Assembly (NCBI GenBank): GCA_024697595.1
Contig: JAILFK010000008.1
Location: 23,972-87,971 of the forward strand
DNA length: 64,000 nt
Origin: Lachnospiraceae bacterium
Lineage (GTDB): Bacteria; Bacillota; Clostridia; Lachnospirales; Lachnospiraceae
Reading direction: 5' to 3'
Made by a program: the position numbers and the translations under genes. Shown here piece after piece: positions 27,075 to 35,941 of this stretch (its first letter is position 1; every line of letters starts with the position of its first letter). A model generated the notes under the pieces. The model saw nothing but the letters and a program-made list of their open reading frames with translations. It searched no databases and was not told the DNA's origin.

Positions 27075-28400
27075 TCAACATTTTTCAATTGAAGTTTTTG
27101 AAAACATATCATAAAATCCCACAGTATTTTTATCTGAAATAACCGTTATATTCAATAAATCATATAGGCGATTATATGCTTGAAAATCGCCATCTGAATA
27201 TCCTGTACAGCTAATGGAGAGAAGGTATTCGCCGCCTTGCAGATTCATCACCTGCTCAAAAGTAGCAACATATATATCCCCCTCTTTCACACCACCTGTA
27301 CTGACATCTTCATACATTGTATTAGTTCCAGTAATTGCTGTCCCCTGAATATTTTTAAAAGTGTACGTAAATATAGGATCCTCTAAGTCCTTATTAAATT
27401 TCACCTTTGACTTAATTTTGAACTTTTTACCTTTTTCGAGAGATGTTGTAAAGTTTCCTTTTTCATCTATTACTGCAAAGTCTATAATTTCGGCAGAACC
27501 GTCTCCATAAGGATTTACATTCGGATTTATTTCAAAAGAATCTCTCCACAATCCATTGCCACTATTATCCAAACCAAAAGTGCTTTCAAGACTATTAATA
27601 TCTGAAGTTTCGTCAAACAAATTTTCAGACATAGCTGACAATTCATTTCCTTCATCATCTACTTGATTGACTAATAATTTCTTATATAAATCAATCATGT
27701 CGCTAGGCTTGCCTTCATCCATCTTGCGCCCCTTATTTAGAAGCACCGCTCTATCGCAATACTTTGCAATACTTCCCAAGTCATGACTCACAAACAAAAT
27801 AGTTTTTCCCTGTTCCTTGAACTCTTCAAACTTCTTATAGCACTTATTCTGAAAGAAAACATCTCCTACAGAAAGAGCTTCATCTACAATCAATATTTCC
27901 GGATCAATATTTATAGCCACAGCAAATGCAAGACGCACAAACATTCCGGAAGAATATGTTTTTACTGGTTGATGCACAAAATCGCCAATATCTGCAAATT
28001 TTAAAATGTCATCTAGCTTTGCATCTATTTCAGATTTTGTAAATCCAATCATAGAACCATTCAAATATATATTTTCTATTCCAGTATATTCTTGATTAAA
28101 TCCAGCACCCAATTCAAGTAAAGCAGAAATTCGCCCCTCTATATCAACAGTACCGGATGTTGGATTCAACACACCAGTAATAATCTTTAATATAGTAGAC
28201 TTCCCCGCACCATTAGTTCCTATAATACCAACGCACTCGCCTTTTTTTATGTTAAATGACAACTCGCTCAACGCGTAATGTTCCTTATATAACTTCTTGC
28301 CCTTGCTAAGCCCTAAAGCTTCCTTAAATCTGTCCGAAGGTTTATCATATAATTTATATAACTTCGATACATTATCTACCTTTATTGCATATTCACTCAT
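27075..28400 (-). CDS. wzt: ABC transporter ATP-binding protein Wzt/TagH type with a C-terminal glycan-binding (Wzt_C-like) domain
   Basis: Walker A GTNGAGKST, signature YSSGMFVRLAFA, Walker B ILIVDE. A further ~170-aa beta-rich C-terminal domain follows (AEIIDFAVIDEKGN...KFKIKSKVKF...LLSISCTGY). Confidence 0.9.
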   Translation of the reverse strand: MSEYAIKVDNVSKLYKLYDKPSDRFKEALGLSKGKKLYKEHYALSELSFNIKKGECVGIIGTNGAGKSTILKIITGVLNPTSGTVDIEGRISALLELGAGFNQEYTGIENIYLNGSMIGFTKSEIDAKLDDILKFADIGDFVHQPVKTYSSGMFVRLAFAVAINIDPEILIVDEALSVGDVFFQNKCYKKFEEFKEQGKTILFVSHDLGSIAKYCDRAVLLNKGRKMDEGKPSDMIDLYKKLLVNQVDDEGNELSAMSENLFDETSDINSLESTFGLDNSGNGLWRDSFEINPNVNPYGDGSAEIIDFAVIDEKGNFTTSLEKGKKFKIKSKVKFNKDLEDPIFTYTFKNIQGTAITGTNTMYEDVSTGGVKEGDIYVATFEQVMNLQGGEYLLSISCTGYSDGDFQAYNRLYDLLNITVISDKNTVGFYDMFSKTSIEKC

Positions 28401-28418
28401 ATCTATTATCCATCTTTC

Positions 28419-29849
28419 TTACAATACATCTGCAAAATGTATCTTTAATTTTCTAAACACTGTTGTTCCAATTATATATATAACAATTGTCACAATCCAA
28501 AAATATAAAGTCAATTCCGGCTTTTCCCAAAACCATATTTCATTTAGTAATGCATCCCTATATCCCGATACAATATAAAACATCGGATTCAATTTCAATA
28601 TCTTCAATACAATTGGTGAAATATTCGTCATAGTATTAATGTTCCACATTATTGGAGTTGCCCAAATACCAATCTGTAACAATATATTCACAATCTGTCC
28701 TAAGTCTCTAAAAAATACCATCATTGCACTTGTTGCATAAACCAATCCCACGCACAAAATCATCATCGCGAGCGAATAATATACTATCTGTAACATATAT
28801 GGATTTAACTCATATCCATAAACAGCATAGAAAACCAACATAAATGCAATAAAAAATATATGTACAAACAAGCTAGAAATAAGCTTTACAACTGGTAAAA
28901 TCGAAATATTGAAAACCACTTTTTTAACGAGATAACTATACTCGATCAACGTATTGGTAGCCATGTTGATTGCTTCCGAAAAATAAAACCATGGAACAAG
29001 TCCAGCTATCAACCAAATTACATATGGCGCATTAATTCCAGATTTTGTTGCTTGCGCTCCTGCACTTAACGCCTTTTCGAAAACGAACCAATATACTATA
29101 ACTGTAACAATTGGCTGCACAAAAGCCCACACTATGCCTAAATACGATCCAGCAAATCTACTTTTAAAATCATTTTTTGCAAGACTTAATGTAAGTTTCT
29201 TATTATGTAATATCTCTAGAGGAATCTCCATAAATGACTGACGCTTAATATAGATAAGTAGTAATAACGTAACAACAACTGCAATGCACGCTATCTTTTT
29301 TATCGCATTAGACTTATAATCTGCATCTCTCACAGCTTGTATGCATTTATCTGCATTACAATTCCATACCAAATACGAATCATCTCCTGTAAGAACTGAT
29401 ATAACGCCATTTTTTTCATTTATTTTCTTTACATCATTTGTAGAAACAATATCGTCTAATTTAAAATTGCTTTCAACGACCTTGCCTTTGTACTCAAGAT
29501 AAATATTAGAAATCTCTATATTTTTCCCCGGTTCACCTGATGGGTCAATTCTAAGCGCCCTTGTAGTGGCCGGAATTTCTACAATAAGCTCCTTTTCTTT
29601 ATCTATATCATTTTTACTATATTCAATTGACACAGATCTATCTACGCTAAAGCCTTGCTTCTCATCAAAAACACCTTCATCATCTTGCTGCATAAAAAAA
29701 GTTTCTACAACAGTTGTATCTTCCGTCTCAACAGTCAAATGCAATGAAACATATAAGTCACCATCACTTTTCTGATAAGTCCAAATACCATATATTGCTA
29801 GTATTATTAATATAAGTGTGCACACAAGTGCAATAACTCTTTTCTTCAT
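28419..29849 (-). CDS. wzm: ABC-2 (Wzm/TagG) permease fused to a ~200-aa N-terminal TM-ectodomain-TM extension
   Basis: Residues ~215-476 are a canonical ABC-2 permease (LAKNDFKSRFAGSYLGIVWAFVQP...). Residues 1-200 consist of a TM helix, a ~160-aa soluble segment and a second TM helix. Confidence 0.85.
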   Translation of the reverse strand: MKKRVIALVCTLILIILAIYGIWTYQKSDGDLYVSLHLTVETEDTTVVETFFMQQDDEGVFDEKQGFSVDRSVSIEYSKNDIDKEKELIVEIPATTRALRIDPSGEPGKNIEISNIYLEYKGKVVESNFKLDDIVSTNDVKKINEKNGVISVLTGDDSYLVWNCNADKCIQAVRDADYKSNAIKKIACIAVVVTLLLLIYIKRQSFMEIPLEILHNKKLTLSLAKNDFKSRFAGSYLGIVWAFVQPIVTVIVYWFVFEKALSAGAQATKSGINAPYVIWLIAGLVPWFYFSEAINMATNTLIEYSYLVKKVVFNISILPVVKLISSLFVHIFFIAFMLVFYAVYGYELNPYMLQIVYYSLAMMILCVGLVYATSAMMVFFRDLGQIVNILLQIGIWATPIMWNINTMTNISPIVLKILKLNPMFYIVSGYRDALLNEIWFWEKPELTLYFWIVTIVIYIIGTTVFRKLKIHFADVL

Positions 29850-29901
29850 CTATATTTCGCTCCTATTTTAGGGCAATATTAAAAAGCCCATTATCTGATA
29901 A

Positions 29902-29930
29902 ATTATATCACACAATGAGCTTTATGTTAA
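29902..29930 (-). promoter_or_regulatory. Putative sigma-A promoter for the wzm-wzt operon
   Basis: On the minus strand: TTAACA, 17 nt, TATAAT, with TGA immediately upstream (extended -10). About 50 nt upstream of the wzm ATG, with an AGGAG RBS. Confidence 0.5.
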
Positions 29931-29981
29931 CCTGCACATAATATTATTAAGAAAGAAAAACGTACCTTTTTTCTTCACAAA

Positions 29982-31916
29982 TCAATCTTTTTTTATAAAC
30001 TTTCTATATATATTTCGTATTTTAGATATTATTTTCCATGATTTACTGCCATATATTGTCTGAATTTCATTCTCTAACAAATATATTCTAGTCTCTTTCT
30101 CTGCTAAAACATTATCAACCCCTCTATTCTTATCAAGGTAATAATTCTCTAAAATACCATCTCTATCATATTTAGTATCTTTTATACGAAAACGAATTGT
30201 AACTTCATCCACATCACTCTCAGGAATAACGCTATAAGCTGCAGGGCCTTTAACAAACATTGTATACACACCACAGCCACAATTTTCATACATTGGAGTC
30301 ATCCTTTTCACTCCTTTTGTAGCTACAATTTCAATTGCATCATATATATCTTGTAGCAAATCAACTCTTATCACATCATCTTTAATATCAATTATTCTAA
30401 AAGTTATCTCATATAACTCATCGCCTAATAACGTTGCCTCTTTATACATTCTCTTGTTTTCGTCAAAAGACTCCGCTTCACTCTTTTTCCAATATATCTT
30501 TGAAATAATTCTTTTTCCAGGGCCTTTTAACCATCTCAAATCATTTAATGACAAAATGTCCTTGGCATAAATCACATCTGTCGTTTCACCCGCACCCACG
30601 TATTTTTTTGTAAAATATGCATTCCACTCTTCATATACCTGGACATCACTTGCACTTATTTTATATTTATCTAATAAATATTCTTCTTTCAAAAAATTCT
30701 GCATAGCATGATATCTATTATACAATTCATTTATTGCTCGCCAAAAGACAAAATCTACAGGAACAGCAAAATCAAAGATCCATTCGCCGTCTATTATCAA
30801 TACATTGTCGCGAAAACACTTCTTTTTGTCATCCTTGACAAATATATTATCAAATATCATATCAATATTGGGCATTTCTAAACATCTCATGTTTTCTCTA
30901 TTTAAAACCGCATCCCCAAAAACTCTTTTAAACTCATCTATATAATAATCACTTTTAACACTTTGTTCCATTAAATATGTATAAAATCCATCAATAATAT
31001 TAATAAATTCATCTTTATCTTTTTCAATATAATATCTATACAACATTCCATTAATATTATTATTATATAAATATTGATACTCTATTTTCATTTCAGAAAG
31101 CTCTTTTCCAACCAGCAGATCATTGCTTTGCATTTTTGAAAATCCAACCATCTTAGTAATATGATCAACCGCTTTATCGGACTCAGCCTCCTTTATAACA
31201 GTTCTTTTTTCGCCATCGTTAATTATACTCGTAGAAATTTTATACTCATCTTTACGGTCAACAGAATATTTAGTATATTCTTTATATATTTTTTTAGGAT
31301 TTATTTCTATTAGAAATGAATTAGCAAAATATTGCAGCACCTCATTATTCGCAAGTTCTTGAAACACCTTTTCTTCATTAAACAATTCATATCTTCTTGA
31401 GACTTTATTGCACACTTCTTTTCCATAACAAGAATTATTTACATTAACGTCCGAGAATATCTCTATTGGATTTACGTGTTCAGGATATGGATAATAAAAC
31501 CTATACTCAACGTCCAATACATTAAGCATTTCTATCCATTCTCTTCTAGAAAAGGTATACTTGTTTGCAACATCAGGATAATCTTGAACACCCTCGAAAT
31601 ATATATTAGACTCTTCCTCTGGAGCACCTGCAAAAAAGCGCAATCCTAGTCTGTTGTAGCAATTTATCAAAACATGTCCATCTTGTTTTAGTAGCGATAA
31701 ACACTCTTTCAATACCGCAATCGGTTCTTCAACAAATTTATAATCCATCATAACAATTACATCGTAAGAACCACTTTCATATGTTTTCAAATCTTTATCA
31801 TCAAATAAATATATATAATCTCCTGTAAGATCATACCATTTCTCAACCCATCGTCTTCTATTCTTTTGCATATTCATATTATCACCTATTTTTTCACTCT
31901 GCGGATTCACCTTCAT
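29982..31916 (-). CDS. WbdD-like chain-terminator candidate: vestigial class-I methyltransferase, kinase-like domain and C-terminal coiled coil
   Basis: YDVIVMMDY...PIAVLKECLSLLKQDGHVLI (methyltransferase motifs II/post-II, with no glycine-rich motif I). Kinase-like elements are RTVIKEA, IFDNIFV and LIIDGEWIFDF. The C-terminus is LAEKETRIYLLENEIQTIYGSKSWKI. The start overlaps the upstream stop (TAATG). Confidence 0.5.
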   Translation of the reverse strand: MKVNPQSEKIGDNMNMQKNRRRWVEKWYDLTGDYIYLFDDKDLKTYESGSYDVIVMMDYKFVEEPIAVLKECLSLLKQDGHVLINCYNRLGLRFFAGAPEEESNIYFEGVQDYPDVANKYTFSRREWIEMLNVLDVEYRFYYPYPEHVNPIEIFSDVNVNNSCYGKEVCNKVSRRYELFNEEKVFQELANNEVLQYFANSFLIEINPKKIYKEYTKYSVDRKDEYKISTSIINDGEKRTVIKEAESDKAVDHITKMVGFSKMQSNDLLVGKELSEMKIEYQYLYNNNINGMLYRYYIEKDKDEFINIIDGFYTYLMEQSVKSDYYIDEFKRVFGDAVLNRENMRCLEMPNIDMIFDNIFVKDDKKKCFRDNVLIIDGEWIFDFAVPVDFVFWRAINELYNRYHAMQNFLKEEYLLDKYKISASDVQVYEEWNAYFTKKYVGAGETTDVIYAKDILSLNDLRWLKGPGKRIISKIYWKKSEAESFDENKRMYKEATLLGDELYEITFRIIDIKDDVIRVDLLQDIYDAIEIVATKGVKRMTPMYENCGCGVYTMFVKGPAAYSVIPESDVDEVTIRFRIKDTKYDRDGILENYYLDKNRGVDNVLAEKETRIYLLENEIQTIYGSKSWKIISKIRNIYRKFIKKD

Positions 31917-34465
31917 TAATCTAAAGAATTTTTACATAAATAATATTCTATCCGGTCATCCAAATTTAACTTTTCAAAACAAATATTATCTGATTTTAAA
32001 TAAGCGCGAAAAACATTCTCATAATTACAACCATTTATTTTTTTATTGATTTTACCATACTCAGCATATATTTCTCGTTTATAAGCCAAAATCATTTCAT
32101 CAACACTAATCAAGTTCATATTGTGCACTTTGTTTTTTTCTTCTATGATAATTTTTTCATTTTTTAACAATAAATTAATCAACTCGGTTATATTTTCTAC
32201 AAGATTTTCATTTTCAACAACCCATCCACATTTTGCCTTCTTAATACGTTCACCTACAGCCCCCAAATCATTGCCAATCACAGGAATCCCAGCAAGCCAT
32301 ATTTCTGATAAAGTATAGCAAAATGTCTCCGGCCACTTTGGCAAAACCATTACCGCGTCTATTTCATCCGCCGTCAACATATCCACTATTGAATCTCGCG
32401 AATATGCACCTTTCTTATGAAGATTATTTTGACTCATCTCTATTAACGCTTTATCACCTATCAAACCGTATATATACCATTCTATTTCCTTACATGGATA
32501 TTTTTCAATAATCTCCTTAACATATTCACTTCCTTTTTCAACATTCAACCCGCCAACAAATGCCAATTTGAGTTTCGCTTCGCTAGCATTTCTTTTTGCA
32601 AAATCAATAACATGAACATCTTGTTTTCTGTAACAAAAGCCATCACATTCTAATATTACTGTACACTCAATTTTCTGATTTTCATAATCATGGCACGGAA
32701 TTATTGCTCTAAAACCAGCGTATAAATATTGTTCTTTATCATCTTTATGAGCCTCAGCAACATCTCTCCTCAAAACTTTATCTGTTTTATAATATGATAC
32801 GATACCATGTTCATCAGTAATCTCAATATAGCATGTTGCATTCTTCAGATTCACATTTTCCCTATATACCCATCCAGCCACTAAACTGTTAGTTTCATCA
32901 TCTAATAACACATCATAATGAACTTGAAAATCAGAATTCGCAATTTTTTCGAATTTAAACACTTCTTTTTTTATGGACAGCCCGTGATTAATTACCCATG
33001 ATTTTTTCTTAACTCTTGGATAATACTCCAAAAAAATATCTCTAGCCGCATCTGTTGGGAACACAATCTTATCGCACATCTCTAGCACCTCTGCATGCTT
33101 GTCACGCCAGTTTTTTATATAATCTACAGTTTCAGCAACCACCTTGCGCCTAAAAACACATTCATCACAACGTTCAATATCTTGACACGCTCCACAAAAC
33201 TCTTTCTTTTCATTGATTAGTTTTATATGTGGGCATGCCATATAATAATCATGAATTGTCAGCAATAACGGAATATCTCTTTTTTTAGTCTCGTAAAAAA
33301 TATCTAACGATAAACCATTCGTATGATGCACATGTACAATGTCAACCTCAAAGCAATCTATAATATTTCCGAATATCTCTGCTAGTCTTGAGTTATTATA
33401 ATATGTATATGGTTCTATTGTTCCAATATAAAAGCGAAATCTATATTCTTCCGCTTCTATATAAATAGTAACATTTAAATACTTTCCATCTCTTGCCGCA
33501 ACAATAATATTATCATCGTCACACAAGCCATCCTTTAAATCCTTTATATGCAGTTGAGTTCCACCCACATGATTCTCAGCCTCTAGTCTAAAATCCAAAT
33601 GACTCACATACAAAATATTTCTTCTTCCATTATCCAGTCTGTGATATATCTCTATATTGTCACGTATATATTGTTCTGGATTTGCCATGCAATACCTAGT
33701 ATTTCTCTTCATCTGTACAGGGTATCGATTTTCTAGTATTTGATTGTGTTCTGAAATCAATCGTAATTTTTCTTCCGTATCAAAAGACCCCGTGCCTTTA
33801 TGATATACAAATGTATCATCACACATTACATCTATATATCCCATCTGCTGTAGCCTATTACAAAAGTCATTTTCCTCTCCATATCCTCTCTGAAAAGTTT
33901 CAGCATCAAATAACCCCACCTTATTTATAACTTCTCGCTTTATAAACATGCAAAATCCAACTGCAACCGTAACTTGCGGATAATGATGAAAGCTACATTT
34001 TTCAACAACTGCCGCTAGTTTTTCAATAGTTGTATCCAAAGGTATTCTATTATCCTGGCAAAATACAGGATAAGAACATAGTGTTGCAGCATTAGACAAC
34101 GGGGTGACTGACCCTATTTCCGGCTTACTATATGCGCATCGTATTATTTTATCTAACCATTTATCAGTCACAATAGTATCTGAGTTTAGTAGCAAAACAT
34201 CTCGCTCTTTAGATAAACTCATCCCTTTATTAACGCTCGCAGAAAACCCCTCATTTTTTTCACTATCAATTAAAATAATAGAGTCATTAACATAAGATTG
34301 TAACAAAGGTACTATTCTCGCATCAGGACTACAATCATTAACAAGTATTATTCTATGTTTTGTCAAATCCGTATGTTTATGTATACTTTCCATACATAGA
34401 ATAATATCATCATATCCATTATATATAGGTATAATTATATCTACCCCTAAATTATTGTCACTCAT
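31916..34465 (-). CDS. Bifunctional glycosyltransferase: N-terminal GT2 plus C-terminal GT-B (GT4-like) split by an inserted module
   Basis: GT2 part is VDIIIPIYNGYDDIILCMESI...ILVNDCSPD...LLNSDT. GT-B N-half is ILYVSHL...VHVHHTNG with a Cys cluster CPH...CGAC...CDEC. GT-B C-half is LAFVGG...PETFCYTLSEIWLAGIPVIG. Confidence 0.8.
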   Translation of the reverse strand: MSDNNLGVDIIIPIYNGYDDIILCMESIHKHTDLTKHRIILVNDCSPDARIVPLLQSYVNDSIILIDSEKNEGFSASVNKGMSLSKERDVLLLNSDTIVTDKWLDKIIRCAYSKPEIGSVTPLSNAATLCSYPVFCQDNRIPLDTTIEKLAAVVEKCSFHHYPQVTVAVGFCMFIKREVINKVGLFDAETFQRGYGEENDFCNRLQQMGYIDVMCDDTFVYHKGTGSFDTEEKLRLISEHNQILENRYPVQMKRNTRYCMANPEQYIRDNIEIYHRLDNGRRNILYVSHLDFRLEAENHVGGTQLHIKDLKDGLCDDDNIIVAARDGKYLNVTIYIEAEEYRFRFYIGTIEPYTYYNNSRLAEIFGNIIDCFEVDIVHVHHTNGLSLDIFYETKKRDIPLLLTIHDYYMACPHIKLINEKKEFCGACQDIERCDECVFRRKVVAETVDYIKNWRDKHAEVLEMCDKIVFPTDAARDIFLEYYPRVKKKSWVINHGLSIKKEVFKFEKIANSDFQVHYDVLLDDETNSLVAGWVYRENVNLKNATCYIEITDEHGIVSYYKTDKVLRRDVAEAHKDDKEQYLYAGFRAIIPCHDYENQKIECTVILECDGFCYRKQDVHVIDFAKRNASEAKLKLAFVGGLNVEKGSEYVKEIIEKYPCKEIEWYIYGLIGDKALIEMSQNNLHKKGAYSRDSIVDMLTADEIDAVMVLPKWPETFCYTLSEIWLAGIPVIGNDLGAVGERIKKAKCGWVVENENLVENITELINLLLKNEKIIIEEKNKVHNMNLISVDEMILAYKREIYAEYGKINKKINGCNYENVFRAYLKSDNICFEKLNLDDRIEYYLCKNSLD

Positions 34466-34540
34466 ACGAAACCTCCAACAAGGACATTTATTTTCTTAAA
34501 GTATTTTCATTCTTCATAAAAAATACTAACTTATATAATA

Positions 34541-34583
34541 ACAAAATAAACGGTGTGTGTCGAATGACCCACACCGTTTTATC
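34541..34583 (-). terminator. Rho-independent terminator, potentially bidirectional
   Basis: Perfect 10-bp stem AAACGGTGTG/CACACCGTTT (34548-34557 / 34570-34579) with a 12-nt loop, an A-run on one side and a T-run on the other. Lies 50 nt past the stop at 34633. Confidence 0.8.
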
Positions 34584-34632
34584 TATCATTAGTTTTTTTA
34601 ATTAACCCGTTGACTCACTCTATCCTCTGGGT

Positions 34633-35256
34633 TTATGTTGTCACCTTCTCAAAATCACTGGCAGGATGCTTGCAAATAGGACAGATGAAATCATCTGGCA
34701 ATTCTTCACCCACATACTCATACCCGCATATCTTGCAGCGCCATACAGTCTGCCCCTGTGGTGTTTTGCCCACAGCCTCTGGCTTCGGCTTGATATTATT
34801 CTGATAATAAGTATATGTAGCTGAAGCCACCTCTGAAAGCACATCCATATCAGTCACCTCTGCAATAAACAAAGTATGACTTCCTAGATCAATCATCTGT
34901 TCTACTTTTGCAGATATAAAAGCATTAGTTCCACGAGTTATGATCATAGTACCATTAGTTGCTTTCTTACAATCTGTAAAATCAGCAAACTTATCTACAT
35001 TCCGTCCTGATTGAAAACCAAAATGTTTAAACAAATCAAAATCTGCCGCTTCACTAAGCACGGACACTGTAAAAACCCCTGTATCCACAATCATGTCGTG
35101 TGTGAAATTCGCCTTGTTAATCGCCACTGAAATGCGATTAGGTTCTGATGTAACTTGAATAGCAGTATTGGTTATACAACCATTATCCCTACCATCTCGA
35201 TTTGCTGTAATCACAAACAAACCATAACTTAAATTGTACATTGCTTTTGACCCCAT
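34633..35256 (-). CDS. Flavin reductase-like domain fused to rubredoxin (high-molecular-weight rubredoxin, Hrb type)
   Basis: N-terminal YGLFVITANRDGRDNGCITNTAIQVTSEPNRISVAI (flavin reductase fold). C-terminal WRCKICGYEYVGEELPDDFICPICKHPASDF (CxxC...CxxC rubredoxin). Confidence 0.88.
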   Translation of the reverse strand: MGSKAMYNLSYGLFVITANRDGRDNGCITNTAIQVTSEPNRISVAINKANFTHDMIVDTGVFTVSVLSEAADFDLFKHFGFQSGRNVDKFADFTDCKKATNGTMIITRGTNAFISAKVEQMIDLGSHTLFIAEVTDMDVLSEVASATYTYYQNNIKPKPEAVGKTPQGQTVWRCKICGYEYVGEELPDDFICPICKHPASDFEKVTT

Positions 35257-35274
35257 AAGCGTGCCCTCCTTCTC

Positions 35275-35318
35275 CTAAAAAATGGATATCAAATAAACCT
35301 TCTTACTTGATATCCATT
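35275..35318 (-). terminator. Rho-independent terminator of tspO
   Basis: Perfect 12-bp stem AATGGATATCAA/TTGATATCCATT (35281-35292 / 35307-35318), followed on the minus strand by TTTTT. Confidence 0.8.
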
Positions 35319-35325
35319 GTAACAT

Positions 35326-35802
35326 TTAATTCAATGAAGCAACACCTATATTTAAATACATTGCAAAGGTGCACCAGATTACATATGGCACAAAACAGAT
35401 ACATGCAATTCTATCAACTTTTCTGCTGATAAATGTAAACATAAATACCAATATCCACATAACAAGAAGCCATGCCGCCGCGAGCCAATAATTGGATAAA
35501 TTGAAAAAGAATATACACCAGAAGAAATTGAAGATCAGTTGTAACACATAGATTACCAGTAATTTCTTCGAATCATCTCCTTTTATCAATACAACTCTTG
35601 CGCTGGCTATACCCATCAATACATATAGTACGGTCCACGCCACCGGAAATAACCAGGCAGGCGGAGACATTGGCGGCTTATTTAGCTCTGCAAATATCAT
35701 CATATTACCACTTGTCAAAGCTGATGATACCAAGCCCACAACCACTGGAATAATAATCCCCACAACATAAGTTACAATTGTTCTTGTTTTACTCTCTCCC
35801 AT
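35326..35802 (-). CDS. tspO: TspO/MBR family tryptophan-rich sensory protein
   Basis: 158 aa with five TM helices and PPAWLFPVAWTVLYVLMG plus Trp-rich helices. GGAGG RBS. Confidence 0.9.
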   Translation of the reverse strand: MGESKTRTIVTYVVGIIIPVVVGLVSSALTSGNMMIFAELNKPPMSPPAWLFPVAWTVLYVLMGIASARVVLIKGDDSKKLLVIYVLQLIFNFFWCIFFFNLSNYWLAAAWLLVMWILVFMFTFISRKVDRIACICFVPYVIWCTFAMYLNIGVASLN

Positions 35803-35822
35803 AGACTTTCCTCCAATAAAAA

Positions 35823-35863
35823 TAACATGTTAAATGTGATTTAATGCACATTCTAACATGTTA
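35823..35863 (-). terminator. AT-rich hairpin containing two copies of TAACATGTTA; a terminator or operator immediately upstream of the tspO RBS
   Basis: TAACATGTTA occurs at 35823-35832 and 35854-35863. The arms AACATGTTAAATGTG and CACATTCTAACATGTT form a near-perfect inverted repeat. A T-run (ATTTTTATT) follows on the minus strand. Confidence 0.5.
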
Positions 35864-35901
35864 TAATCTTTAAAACTATAGGATTTATGCGATTTTACAT
35901 A

Positions 35902-35938
35902 AATTTTACTTTGTAAAATTCTTGTTAATTCTCATCCA
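35902..35938 (-). repeat. Copy 1 of a ~36-nt direct repeat (partner at 37463-37497)
   Basis: aattttactttgtaaaattcttgttaattctcatcca versus aattttattttgtaaaattctgattaatccatcca. Confidence 0.7.
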
Positions 35939-35941
35939 ACA

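Noticed and set aside
29883-29923. Hairpin AAAGCCCATT...AATGAGCTTT as the terminator of the WbdD-like gene
   Set aside because: The stem has a mismatch and a 21-nt loop. The same DNA contains a much better promoter (TTAACA-17-TATAAT with an extended TG), so I annotated the promoter instead. Weak termination is not excluded.
34466-34540. Promoter for the 849-aa transferase gene
   Set aside because: The interval is so AT-rich that several weak -10-like hexamers occur, and none has a convincing -35 at 16-18 nt. I could not support a specific call.
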